From an uncultured Gammaproteobacteria bacterium (GTDB lineage: Bacteria; Patescibacteriota; Patescibacteriia; Magasanikbacterales; GWA2-37-8): a stretch of 64,000 nucleotides of DNA. The stretch covers positions 134,200-198,199 of the forward strand of contig CAZHYG010000001.1 in assembly GCA_964536615.1 (NCBI GenBank), read 5' to 3'. Below the pieces are notes generated by a model. That model was not told the DNA's origin, searched no databases, and worked only from the letters and a program-made list of their open reading frames with translations. This document shows positions 49,714 to 58,219 of the stretch, piece by piece. The position numbers and the translations under genes are program-made. Each line of letters opens with the position of its first letter. The first letter of the stretch is position 1.

Positions 49714-52700
49714 TTATAAAGTATAGGTCAATGAAGAACCTGAAACTTCGTAAGAGTTTGAAGCGGAGAATGCACCTTGTTCACTGCCGTTAGCTGGTGT
49801 GTAGTAGTACAACAAGTTACCAGTGTTCCAAGCAGTTCCACTCCATCCGGTTGAACCAGCAATCTTGGAAGAAACCGTAACACTACCAGTTGACTTTTGT
49901 GCCAACATGTTGGTTGTATCAGCGGTAACGATAAAGGTTCTGGTTGTTCCAGGAGCAATGATAAAGTTATCAAGCAAGCTATTCTGGTCATTAGCAATAC
50001 CAAAGCCAACAGAAATTGGATTTGAAGTACTACTGTTTACAGTAATAGTTGAAGTGTTTGCAAGGTAAGTTCCTAACGCACCTGCGTTATCTTCATACAA
50101 TCTGAAGTCACTGATTGTGCCTCCAGTTGAACCAGCATTTCCTACTAAACCAGAAACGGTCAAGTTAACAGTAGTAGAAGCCAATCTCAAATCACGAGTA
50201 CCAGAGTTGGTAACAGAGAATTTGAAGATTTTAGCCTGACTGTCCAAAGGCAATGATGTGCCCAATGAAACAGCAGCTGCTGTTGGGTAAGCGTCGTGGA
50301 ATAAGTAAGAAGTAGATGTAGCAAGTCTGTATTCAGCACCACCTGCGTTGGATGCTGAGTTGTAGTTGATGTCAGCGGTACTAAGTAACGCTCCTGAAGC
50401 AGATCTAGCTTCTAAATCGGTATTACTATCACTCTTTACCACAAAAGCGGTAGAGGTGTTGTTGGTAATAACGCCAGAAGCATTAGTTGTGCCTTTCAAA
50501 ACGTATACTTTATAACTGTTCATTGGGATGAGAGAAGCAACACTTGTAAATACCACATCGCCATTTACATAGCTAGCGGTAGCTACAGGAGCAATGCCGT
50601 TTTCTTCATACAATGACAATGAGCCAAATGTACCCAAGGTTGTGGCAGCGCCAGCACCGTTTGAGTATACAGACTGCAATGTCAATTTTTCCAATGTTAC
50701 ATCATCGTTTGCAGCCGCAAATTTCCATTTACCGAGCTGTACGCCTGTTTGACCAGGTCCGTATACTTTAGAAATGGTGGTTGCGTCAGACACAGCAGTA
50801 ATGTTCAAGTTACCAGCACCAACAGTTACCTGTTGACCAGCAACTAAGTCACCACTACCACTTGTGTTACTTGATTTACCTGTATAGCTGTAACTTCTCA
50901 AAGAGGTTGTTACAACACCGGAAGCTGCAGAAACAACGTAAGCTTTCAATTGCAAGGTTACGGTTTGGCTCTTAGCAACAGTCAAATCAAAGGTATAGTT
51001 GTTAGAGGTACTAGCAACTGTACTGAGAGTTGTGCCTAATTGAGTTGAACCATTCCATAATGACATGTTCTGGAACATAGCGGAAGCCATACCAGAAGCA
51101 AGACCGAAGTTGAAACCAACGTTTGTCAAGCGTACATCTTCAGATGTACCAGCAGTACAAATGTACTGACCGATAACAGATGTAGAACCTGGAGCGCGAG
51201 TTACACTTCCCATTGCTGTATCCTTGTAACAAGTCAATGAAGTTGCACTAACTGTTAATTGGTTAGCAGCAGTACTGGTGTTAACAGATGTAGGTAAGTT
51301 ATCAGCAAAATCTAAGGTAGAAAGTCTCTTGCCATAGAAATTACCAATTTCAACTTTATAACTTACACCTGAAGTTGCGGTTGAATCAACATTACCAACT
51401 ACTTCTAAAACTTTAGTTTGGTTGGCAGTTAAATTGAGATAGCTTGATAGTGTGTTTTGAGCTCCACCTGCATACAAAGAAGCAGTAGAAGCAGCAACAG
51501 TCAAGTATACGGTTCCGTCTGTAGCATCACGAACAATTACATTGCCAGTAAGCTTAGTCTTTGAACCGCTGCCCTGGTTAATACCAAGACCCATCTTGCG
51601 CAATTCCATGTTTTCACCAACAGCTTTTACATCAAATTTAGCTAACACAATTCCTTGTGAGCCAGAAGAGATGTTACCAGCTGGGGAGTTTGCAGATTTA
51701 TTGAGTGTCAAAGTTCCAGAACCCATGTTAAACCAACCGTTTGTACTGTTTGTATCAGAGAAACTTGAAGGCAAAACATAGAAACCGGTTGTTACACCCT
51801 TCATCATTACATCGTAATCGCTTTGAATGTGTACGTTGAAGTTGCGGGTTGAACCGTTTACAACGTCTACTTTTACAGTAAGATCACGACTTGTACTCTT
51901 AGGTACAACGTAAGGAGAAGTGAAGTTAACAGTTACATAACGGTTACTCATTACAGCTGTTGTGCCAAGTTTTTCTCCACTTGGAGCGTAAACACTCCAG
52001 TTGGCGAGGTCATTATCTTGGATAGTACCAGCTACGTAGAAAGTCAATTTTGAAACTGCAACATCTTCATTACCACTTTGTTCGGTAAATCTGAATTTAG
52101 CAACTTCTTTTTGAACATCACCGATTTGTAAGTTACCAGATGCGGTACTTGCAGGTTGAGAGGAAGAACCACCAACTGAAAGACCGGAAATTGTGGTAGA
52201 AGCAAGAGAAGCATTACCATCAATGATAGCCATTTGGTTACCAACGATTGGGAATGAACCACCTACTGTACCATTGCTTGCAACATCAGTTGCAGCAGCA
52301 ACACTAAATCCTACCAAGCCGGAATTTGCAGCAGGTGCAATGTTTACGGCTACGGTTAAAGATTCAGAAGCGCCAGCGCCAACGAGTACTGGGTAAGATC
52401 CAAAACTTACAGTAATTTTGTTGTCTGAAGTCAAGGAAGTCATTACATCACCGTGGCGGTTGCCAGCAGCGTCCCAAACACTAACGCCAGTAATATTGCT
52501 GTTAGCAATCAAACCAGTTTTAGTAAGGGTAACACCAGTAACTTGAGTAGCTGCAGAAGCACTTAAGTTAAGTTTTAATACTTTGTTGTAAGCGGAACCG
52601 TCTGCAATGTTGCCAGCAGCTGGATTATCAGCAGCTAAAGTAACAGTGAGATTGCCTCCGGTTACAGGAGTTGAAGCAATAGCTCCGTCTTGAGTTCTGT

Positions 52701-53415
52701 TAGTTAAAACAGTCTCCAAAGCGGTAAGTTGAGTACCAACTGTAGTACCAGTTAAGTAAGCAGCAGGAACAGAGTGAACGAAAGCAGATTTAAATCTGTT
52801 AGCGGTCATGCCTGTAGCTGTTACTTCTCTAAGTACGTTACCAGCGGCAACATACCAAGTCTTACCATCTTTACTGACGAGCATACCTTCATGAACGGTA
52901 CCAGCAACATCGGCTCCTCTATTTACATAGTGAGGCCAGAATGCATCGGCAACAGTCATTACTTTGTAGCTAGCGCCATATAAAGCGGCAGCATCGGTAG
53001 TACTAATTTTTGCTAAGGAATTTCCTGGCAAAACAACATACAATTGATCTGAAGAAGGTCTCTTCACAACGTATGAACCTGGGCGGTAGTTAACAGCGCC
53101 TGGGTATGCACTAGGAACAGGTAAAGAATCAAAACATTCCTGAGTTACTGTTACGTAACCACCGTAGGAATTGTTTTCATTCCAACTCTTGAACTCATCT
53201 CCTGAAGGGAAATAGAGAACTTTTAAGTCTTTGTTGACAGAATAGATAGCTGCTTTACCAGATACCTTGATCATGTCACCAGCGGCAAGTGTTGGGCAAA
53301 CTGCAGCGTTAGCAGCAGATGGCAACAAAGCCGATACGCCGACGGACCACAACATGGTGGCGCCGACAACGGAAACCGTAAAGATTTTTTTTACGGATTT
53401 TAATACATCGGTCAT
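49714..53415 (-). CDS. Giant secreted low-complexity surface protein (1233 aa; T/S/G/N/A/V-rich, predicted all-beta)
   Basis: N-terminal signal peptide (KKIFTVSVVGATMLWSVGVSALLPSAANA). Very few charged residues. Recurring hydroxyl/Gly-rich segments. Sits downstream of the ECF sigma and anti-sigma-like pair. Confidence 0.6.
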   Translation of the reverse strand: MTDVLKSVKKIFTVSVVGATMLWSVGVSALLPSAANAAVCPTLAAGDMIKVSGKAAIYSVNKDLKVLYFPSGDEFKSWNENNSYGGYVTVTQECFDSLPVPSAYPGAVNYRPGSYVVKRPSSDQLYVVLPGNSLAKISTTDAAALYGASYKVMTVADAFWPHYVNRGADVAGTVHEGMLVSKDGKTWYVAAGNVLREVTATGMTANRFKSAFVHSVPAAYLTGTTVGTQLTALETVLTNRTQDGAIASTPVTGGNLTVTLAADNPAAGNIADGSAYNKVLKLNLSASAATQVTGVTLTKTGLIANSNITGVSVWDAAGNRHGDVMTSLTSDNKITVSFGSYPVLVGAGASESLTVAVNIAPAANSGLVGFSVAAATDVASNGTVGGSFPIVGNQMAIIDGNASLASTTISGLSVGGSSSQPASTASGNLQIGDVQKEVAKFRFTEQSGNEDVAVSKLTFYVAGTIQDNDLANWSVYAPSGEKLGTTAVMSNRYVTVNFTSPYVVPKSTSRDLTVKVDVVNGSTRNFNVHIQSDYDVMMKGVTTGFYVLPSSFSDTNSTNGWFNMGSGTLTLNKSANSPAGNISSGSQGIVLAKFDVKAVGENMELRKMGLGINQGSGSKTKLTGNVIVRDATDGTVYLTVAASTASLYAGGAQNTLSSYLNLTANQTKVLEVVGNVDSTATSGVSYKVEIGNFYGKRLSTLDFADNLPTSVNTSTAANQLTVSATSLTCYKDTAMGSVTRAPGSTSVIGQYICTAGTSEDVRLTNVGFNFGLASGMASAMFQNMSLWNGSTQLGTTLSTVASTSNNYTFDLTVAKSQTVTLQLKAYVVSAASGVVTTSLRSYSYTGKSSNTSGSGDLVAGQQVTVGAGNLNITAVSDATTISKVYGPGQTGVQLGKWKFAAANDDVTLEKLTLQSVYSNGAGAATTLGTFGSLSLYEENGIAPVATASYVNGDVVFTSVASLIPMNSYKVYVLKGTTNASGVITNNTSTAFVVKSDSNTDLEARSASGALLSTADINYNSASNAGGAEYRLATSTSYLFHDAYPTAAAVSLGTSLPLDSQAKIFKFSVTNSGTRDLRLASTTVNLTVSGLVGNAGSTGGTISDFRLYEDNAGALGTYLANTSTITVNSSTSNPISVGFGIANDQNSLLDNFIIAPGTTRTFIVTADTTNMLAQKSTGSVTVSSKIAGSTGWSGTAWNTGNLLYYYTPANGSEQGAFSASNSYEVSGSSLTYTL

Positions 53416-53560
53416 AATTTTATAAAATAATTATCCTCTGACCCTTCATCGCTTCGTAAAACGAATCGCCGTTGGGTCAAAGCTTTCCCCGTGTGGGGAT
53501 ACAAAAGCTTTGCGAGCTGATACCAGCCCTCGACCTGTTGCAATAGCCACTATTTAAACT
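53416..53560 (-). promoter_or_regulatory. Structured 5' leader upstream of the giant surface-protein gene
   Basis: Minus-strand stems GACCC...GGGTC enclosing CGAUUCG-uuuuac-GAAGCG, a CCCC-acac-GGGG hairpin, and two self-complementary AAAGCUUU boxes. No RBS at canonical distance from the annotated ATG. Confidence 0.35.
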
Positions 53561-53685
53561 CTTTTATTTCAACGTTCTTTCAGCCAAAGGCCTGCTAAAC
53601 ATTGAAACTCTCTCTCCTTTCTGGGATAAAACATTTTATCACAGAAAGGAAATTCTCAAAAATTTTTGAGAAGTCCTTTTTATAT

Positions 53686-55041
53686 TTATGGTTTTATTGC
53701 CGGGGTAGTAGTCGTTTTTATAGGCACTGTTGACGTGGTGGTTGTTACAAACTTAATAGTACTAGACTGACTAAGCACTATGCCAAACACACTTGAACTT
53801 GGCGTAGTTGTAACTGTTGCATTAGTACTACTTGGAACATTCACCACATCGGCAACCGCGGTTACAACCGGCAAGATTTGTTGCACTGCTTTTAAAGTGG
53901 CATCGGTAATTTTTTCCACTTCTGCTGTTGCTGCATTAACTTCTTTAATCTTATCAATTGCGGAAGAAAGATTGTCTTGAGACAACAACTCTTTCCCTTC
54001 ACTTACTGTTTTATCAGTTTCGGTACTTACTTTTTGAAAATTGGTTACAGCTTCTTGTGTTTGTTTTGAGGTTGCTTCAATTTTTTCTGATAACTGTGCG
54101 TTTTCAGCCGTAGTTGTCAGCGAAGTGCTTTTAGTTTCTTTGGCAATAGCGTTTGTCACTTCAGTTTTAACTACATTTATAGCTTTATTTACTTCAGTGA
54201 TACTATCTTTTGACTCAACCACATCTTTAGCTGCGCTTTGAAGTTGGGTGGTAATAGCTTCTTTTACATCGTCTTTAGAAACGGATTCGTCTCCCTGTAA
54301 ATGCTTAACAACCATAACTTCCACAGCTTTGACAGCTGTATCTTTAACAATACTTTTTACTTCTGATACTTGAGTAGCAAGATCGGCAGAATTTTCTTTA
54401 TCAGTACTGACCAATAAATTTACTTTTACTTCTTTTAACACGCCGTTAATTTCTTGAGTATTTTTACTAATATTCTTTACCAAATCCCCCGCCGAATCAT
54501 CTGAAGTTTTAATTTCTTCTAGTTTAGAGTTAATATTTTGAATTTCATTTTTGAGATCATCGACTGTTTGAGCCGCAATCTTTATTTTTTCAGGATTATT
54601 TTGAGAAACAATTGTTTTAGTTTCAACCGCTCGGCGCTTTGCAAATTCAAGATGTAATTTTGCTGCACTGTTAGTATCTCCAACCACCTCAGCTCCTTTA
54701 ACTTGAATGGTTTCAGTAGCCCGTTTAGTGGAATAGAGAAAATCTCCAGGTAAAGCTTGGTATGAAGCGCTCACTGTAGCAACCCAGCTACCCACACCCA
54801 TTGCAAGCACCAGAACAAAAGCAATCACCGGTCGCACTACGCGATGCACAAATGATTGAGGCAGGAATATTGCAAAAAATTCTACAAAGTTATCAAAAGT
54901 CATTTTGCGAGCAGGTTGCGCTGGAACAGTATTTCTAATCTGAGACAACAAAAGCTCGCGGTTATTTTTTAACCACGCTTCATTCGGCTTAACCTCTTTA
55001 TGCCGTAAAGTTTTTAATTGTCTGATTAGAATTTTCGACAT
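53686..55041 (-). CDS. Membrane-anchored anti-sigma-factor-like protein (DUF5667-like), module 2, with long coiled-coil and Thr-rich C-terminal tail
   Basis: N-terminus and post-TM segment align with the 33952..34674 product (L+..VKP...K.R..L.S; L..K.A.E; S.A...L....RR..E). Single TM helix. 451 aa. Confidence 0.55.
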   Translation of the reverse strand: MSKILIRQLKTLRHKEVKPNEAWLKNNRELLLSQIRNTVPAQPARKMTFDNFVEFFAIFLPQSFVHRVVRPVIAFVLVLAMGVGSWVATVSASYQALPGDFLYSTKRATETIQVKGAEVVGDTNSAAKLHLEFAKRRAVETKTIVSQNNPEKIKIAAQTVDDLKNEIQNINSKLEEIKTSDDSAGDLVKNISKNTQEINGVLKEVKVNLLVSTDKENSADLATQVSEVKSIVKDTAVKAVEVMVVKHLQGDESVSKDDVKEAITTQLQSAAKDVVESKDSITEVNKAINVVKTEVTNAIAKETKSTSLTTTAENAQLSEKIEATSKQTQEAVTNFQKVSTETDKTVSEGKELLSQDNLSSAIDKIKEVNAATAEVEKITDATLKAVQQILPVVTAVADVVNVPSSTNATVTTTPSSSVFGIVLSQSSTIKFVTTTTSTVPIKTTTTPAIKP

Positions 55042-55051
55042 ACTTTGACCT

Positions 55052-55633
55052 TTATTTTTTATCCAATAAATTTTTTAATTTTTTTAAACCTCTGTGCAGT
55101 GTCACCCTTACCGCAATAGCTCCCTTGCCCGTAATTTCGGCAATTTCACCCACATCCATCTCATCAACATATCTAAGGGTAATAACTTCTCTATATTCTT
55201 GTTTTAATTTTTTTAGGGCTTTAATAATTTTTTCTATTTCTATCTTCTCCCCAACCTTCTCTTCAATATTCACACTCCAAGCTTCTTTTGTTTCTAGCTC
55301 ATCTTCCAAATCGTCTTCTTCATTCTTTTTTACCAAAGAGATTTCTTTGTGATGTGATTTTTTTCGGTACAGATCTACAATCGCGTTACGCGCCAGCTTG
55401 TATAACAGGCCGCTAAAACTTTCAATTGCCTTTTTTTCACTCACATATCTCCAGGCTTTAAGGAACACCTCTGAAGTAATATCTTCAGCCTCTTCTCTAT
55501 TTGATACTTTAAAAAAAACAAAGCTGTAGATTTGCCCAGCATACATATCATATAGCTTCGCGAACTCTTCAGGATCTTGGTTTACGCGAAGTTTAAACAG
55601 AATGATTTTTTCTGATATTTTGTTACTAGGCAT
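55052..55633 (-). CDS. ECF-type RNA polymerase sigma-70 factor, module 2
   Basis: Region 2 (DITSEVFLKAWRYVSEKK...LYKLARNAIVDLYRKK) and region 4 HTH (MDVGEIAEITGKGAIAVRVTLHRGLKKL). 193 aa. Confidence 0.85.
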   Translation of the reverse strand: MPSNKISEKIILFKLRVNQDPEEFAKLYDMYAGQIYSFVFFKVSNREEAEDITSEVFLKAWRYVSEKKAIESFSGLLYKLARNAIVDLYRKKSHHKEISLVKKNEEDDLEDELETKEAWSVNIEEKVGEKIEIEKIIKALKKLKQEYREVITLRYVDEMDVGEIAEITGKGAIAVRVTLHRGLKKLKNLLDKK

Positions 55634-55707
55634 TAAAGAAGACGTACAAGTAGTAAAAATGTTACACTTCTATTTGTTTGCCTAAACATACAATAAAAGT
55701 GCTCCAT

Positions 55708-55736
55708 ATAATAGCAAAAAACCATTGTTTCGTCAA
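55708..55736 (-). promoter_or_regulatory. Putative sigma70-type promoter for the module-2 ECF sigma gene
   Basis: Minus-strand TTGACG-N17-TATTAT lies ~70 nt upstream of the start codon. The background is AT-rich, so chance matches are common. Confidence 0.35.
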
Positions 55737-55812
55737 ATTGGATAGGTTATTATTTTAAAGAAAAAAACATTATAAAAATTTATTGGTTATAACATGCTTT
55801 GATAATATAAAA

Positions 55813-55835
55813 TTTGTATACACAAGCGTATACAA
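55813..55835. promoter_or_regulatory. Operator-like imperfect palindrome TTTGTATACACAAGCGTATACAA (site 1)
   Basis: Matches site 2 at 22 of 23 positions. TTGTAT-N10-ATACAA architecture. Confidence 0.45.
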
Positions 55836-55870
55836 CTAAAATACTCTCCTGTCCAGTCTGTTCTATAGGT

Positions 55871-55918
55871 AAAATATATCAATTTGTATACACAAGTGTA
55901 TACAAATTGATATATTTT
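55871..55918. promoter_or_regulatory. 48-bp perfect palindrome (23-bp arms, 2-nt spacer) containing TTGTAT-N10-ATACAA (site 2)
   Basis: AAAATATATCAATTTGTATACAC-aa-GTGTATACAAATTGATATATTTT. Verified by reverse-complementing the left arm. Confidence 0.6.
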
Positions 55919-55943
55919 ATACTTAGGTTGCTGCCATAAATGC

Positions 55944-55972
55944 TTGACAAAAAACTAAAATTATGCTATATT
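55944..55972 (+). promoter_or_regulatory. Sigma70-type promoter of the HTH gene (TTGACA-N17-TATATT)
   Basis: Consensus -35 hexamer, 17-nt spacer and near-consensus -10. Site 3 palindrome overlaps the -10 and the start site. Confidence 0.55.
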
Positions 55973-55994
55973 TGTATAGATTAATCTATACAAA
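55971..55994. promoter_or_regulatory. 24-bp perfect palindrome TTTGTATAGATTAATCTATACAAA (site 3) overlapping the promoter -10/+1
   Basis: 12-bp arms with no spacer. Shares the TTGTAT-N10-ATACAA frame with sites 1 and 2. Confidence 0.55.
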
Positions 55995-55998
55995 TTCT

Positions 55999-56364
55999 AT
56001 GGATAAACCAATACAGGCCTCTGACACGGAAAAGCCTAAAGAAGTTATTAGAGTCTCAATCTCTGAGGCAGCCAAGCTTTTTGGTGTAAATTCACAGACA
56101 ATTAGACGAGCTATTGCCGCAAAAGAAATTGTATACATAGTCGTTGCAGGACGATACAAGCTTAACTTTGAAAGCTTAGTAAAGTGGTCTCAACGGCATA
56201 CTACCATTAAAAATAAATTGGAAAATAAAGGTATTGGACAATTTGTAGGAAATTGGAAAATTAAAAACCCCCTATACTCGCCGGCTTATCGCAAACCTTT
56301 ACCCGCTCAACCGACACCAGAAGCAGCGAAACTTTCTGAAAACCCCGAAATTTCCAACCAATAA
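55999..56364 (+). CDS. Excisionase/MerR-superfamily HTH DNA-binding protein (probable autoregulated repressor)
   Basis: ISEAAKLFGVNSQTIRRAIAAKEIVYIVVAGRYKLNFESLVKW matches the excisionase-family HTH_17 pattern. Start set at MDKPIQ, because the ORF-track start at 55963 lies inside the promoter. Pro-rich C-terminal tail. 121 aa. Confidence 0.6.
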   Translation: MDKPIQASDTEKPKEVIRVSISEAAKLFGVNSQTIRRAIAAKEIVYIVVAGRYKLNFESLVKWSQRHTTIKNKLENKGIGQFVGNWKIKNPLYSPAYRKPLPAQPTPEAAKLSENPEISNQ

Positions 56365-56421
56365 TAATTTACAACCTTCAAAAACTCCTTATTTCTTAAG
56401 GAGTTTTTTGTTATACCCTAT

Positions 56422-58212
56422 TTGTATAAAGGTTATAAAAAGGATATAATAAATTATACAATTTTTTATATGATACGCTTTCTTAAACACCATTATCACA
56501 CGCATTATCACGGCATCTACCAACATGCAAAAAAATTATTCGCTTTCGATCTTGCGCTTCTGGCCACAGCGACTATTATGATGGCAGGTAGTATTTTTCT
56601 TTTCTTCTGGAAACCAAGCATAGCGGGACTTATCGACCTAACTTTATCTTTGGGCGAAACACGAGTTAAAAGCGGCGATTATGTGCGTCTTACTTTGGAA
56701 TATACAAACCATAGTAAATACACTTTATCTGAGGTTTCTTTGGGCGTTAAACTTCCAGAAGGTTTTATCATTGATCGCAGCAAAACATCGAAAGAAATAT
56801 TTTCAGATCAGCATACTTTTCCTACAGTCACTGAAATTAAACCGGGCGCTTCCAAACAACTTGAAATTAACGGTCGGTTTTGGTCCGACCCTTCTCAAGA
56901 GTCAAAGTTTATCGCAAACTTATCATACCGACCTGATGCAAAAAAAACGCGCGACCAAAAACTTGCTTCGATTATTTCACAACTATCCGAAAGTGTTCTC
57001 TGGGGCGAGCTTTCCTCCCCCACCACCACGTTTGCGAACAGCCCCGTTAAGTTTACGTATACCCTCCATAACACCAGCGATCAAACGCTAGAAAACATTT
57101 CATTGCTACATAATTTTGAACAAGCAATATCGGAGAAAGATTCCCAAAAAATTACTTTGCCTGCACAAAGCACTAAAAGCTTTACCGGCACCTTTATCAG
57201 CATGTCTGCGCCAGGTAATTACAAAAAAACGATCACGCCGATAATAACTATAAACAATCACCCTGTTGCCCAAACACCTTTCACGCAAAACATAAACAAC
57301 ATCGTGCCTCAAATTGAAACTCGAGCAGATCTTGTTAACAATATTGTTTTTGCCGAACCGGGGCAAACTATCCCTGTGCGCATTTCCTGGGAAAATAAAG
57401 GGTCTATGACTATTACAGATGCAACCCTGCACATACGCTCAAATTTTCCAAACTCAATTGACTGGAAAAAAACCGCAACTGAAGCTCGCGCACAAATAGA
57501 AGATAGCGGTATTTACTTTAATAAAACAAACAGAACCAGCCTGGCTGACGGCAAACCAAATAGTAACGATTCGTTTGTTATAAATATATATCTTAAACCG
57601 ACACTTAATATTTCCAATACTGAAAATGCTCGTTTGGAAATTTTTCCAACTATTGAAGCAAGGATCGCAGGAATCTCTGACCAAACAATAAATCAACGCG
57701 GCACAGGAATCTCTACAGCACTGGCTACTGAAGTTTCTTTCGTCGGGACTGAGGCTCGCTACTACACAGCCGAAGGTGACCAGCTCGGCCGCGGCCCACT
57801 TCCTCCGCAGGTAGGAAAAACAACCAAATACTGGATCTTTATCACCATTGCTAACACCACAAATGCTATAGAAGATGTAAGTCTGAGCACATCCTTGCCA
57901 GAAGGAGTCGAGTTTACCGGAAAACAAAGCACCACCATTGGCCCTGCTCTAGTATTTAACTCAACCAACCGATCAGTGTCATGGAACTACTACACACTAC
58001 CTGCCAACAGCCAAACAGGTTTGTATTTTGAAGTTGCGGTAACTCCATCTAACAGCCAGGCTGGTAAAAATCTACGTCTTACCAACACTATTTCCCTATC
58101 TGCCACCGACAGTACGATAAAAAAGAATTTAAATATCTCCCACTTGCCCATTTCAAACAATCTCAACATAAACGATGCCGGAGCACGATCCGGTTCCATC
58201 GTTAAATACTAA
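56422..58212 (+). CDS. Large membrane-anchored/secreted beta-repeat protein (DUF11/CARDB-like conserved-repeat surface protein)
   Basis: N-terminal TM segment (FDLALLATATIMMAGSIFLFFW) then repeated ~100-aa modules (GDYVRLTLEYTNHS...LPEGF; TFANSPVKFTYTLHNTS). 596 aa. Confidence 0.55.
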   Translation: MYKGYKKDIINYTIFYMIRFLKHHYHTHYHGIYQHAKKLFAFDLALLATATIMMAGSIFLFFWKPSIAGLIDLTLSLGETRVKSGDYVRLTLEYTNHSKYTLSEVSLGVKLPEGFIIDRSKTSKEIFSDQHTFPTVTEIKPGASKQLEINGRFWSDPSQESKFIANLSYRPDAKKTRDQKLASIISQLSESVLWGELSSPTTTFANSPVKFTYTLHNTSDQTLENISLLHNFEQAISEKDSQKITLPAQSTKSFTGTFISMSAPGNYKKTITPIITINNHPVAQTPFTQNINNIVPQIETRADLVNNIVFAEPGQTIPVRISWENKGSMTITDATLHIRSNFPNSIDWKKTATEARAQIEDSGIYFNKTNRTSLADGKPNSNDSFVINIYLKPTLNISNTENARLEIFPTIEARIAGISDQTINQRGTGISTALATEVSFVGTEARYYTAEGDQLGRGPLPPQVGKTTKYWIFITIANTTNAIEDVSLSTSLPEGVEFTGKQSTTIGPALVFNSTNRSVSWNYYTLPANSQTGLYFEVAVTPSNSQAGKNLRLTNTISLSATDSTIKKNLNISHLPISNNLNINDAGARSGSIVKY

Positions 58213-58219
58213 AACTAAA

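Noticed and set aside
55813-55994. CRISPR array or transposon inverted repeats for the TTGTATAC palindromes
   Set aside because: There are only three irregularly spaced copies, each internally palindromic. There are no spacers of uniform length and no cas or transposase genes. Operators fit better.
55963-55998. ORF-track start at 55963 for the HTH gene
   Set aside because: It lies inside the -10 region and the palindrome. An internal Met at 55999 is preferred, although no clean RBS is visible there.
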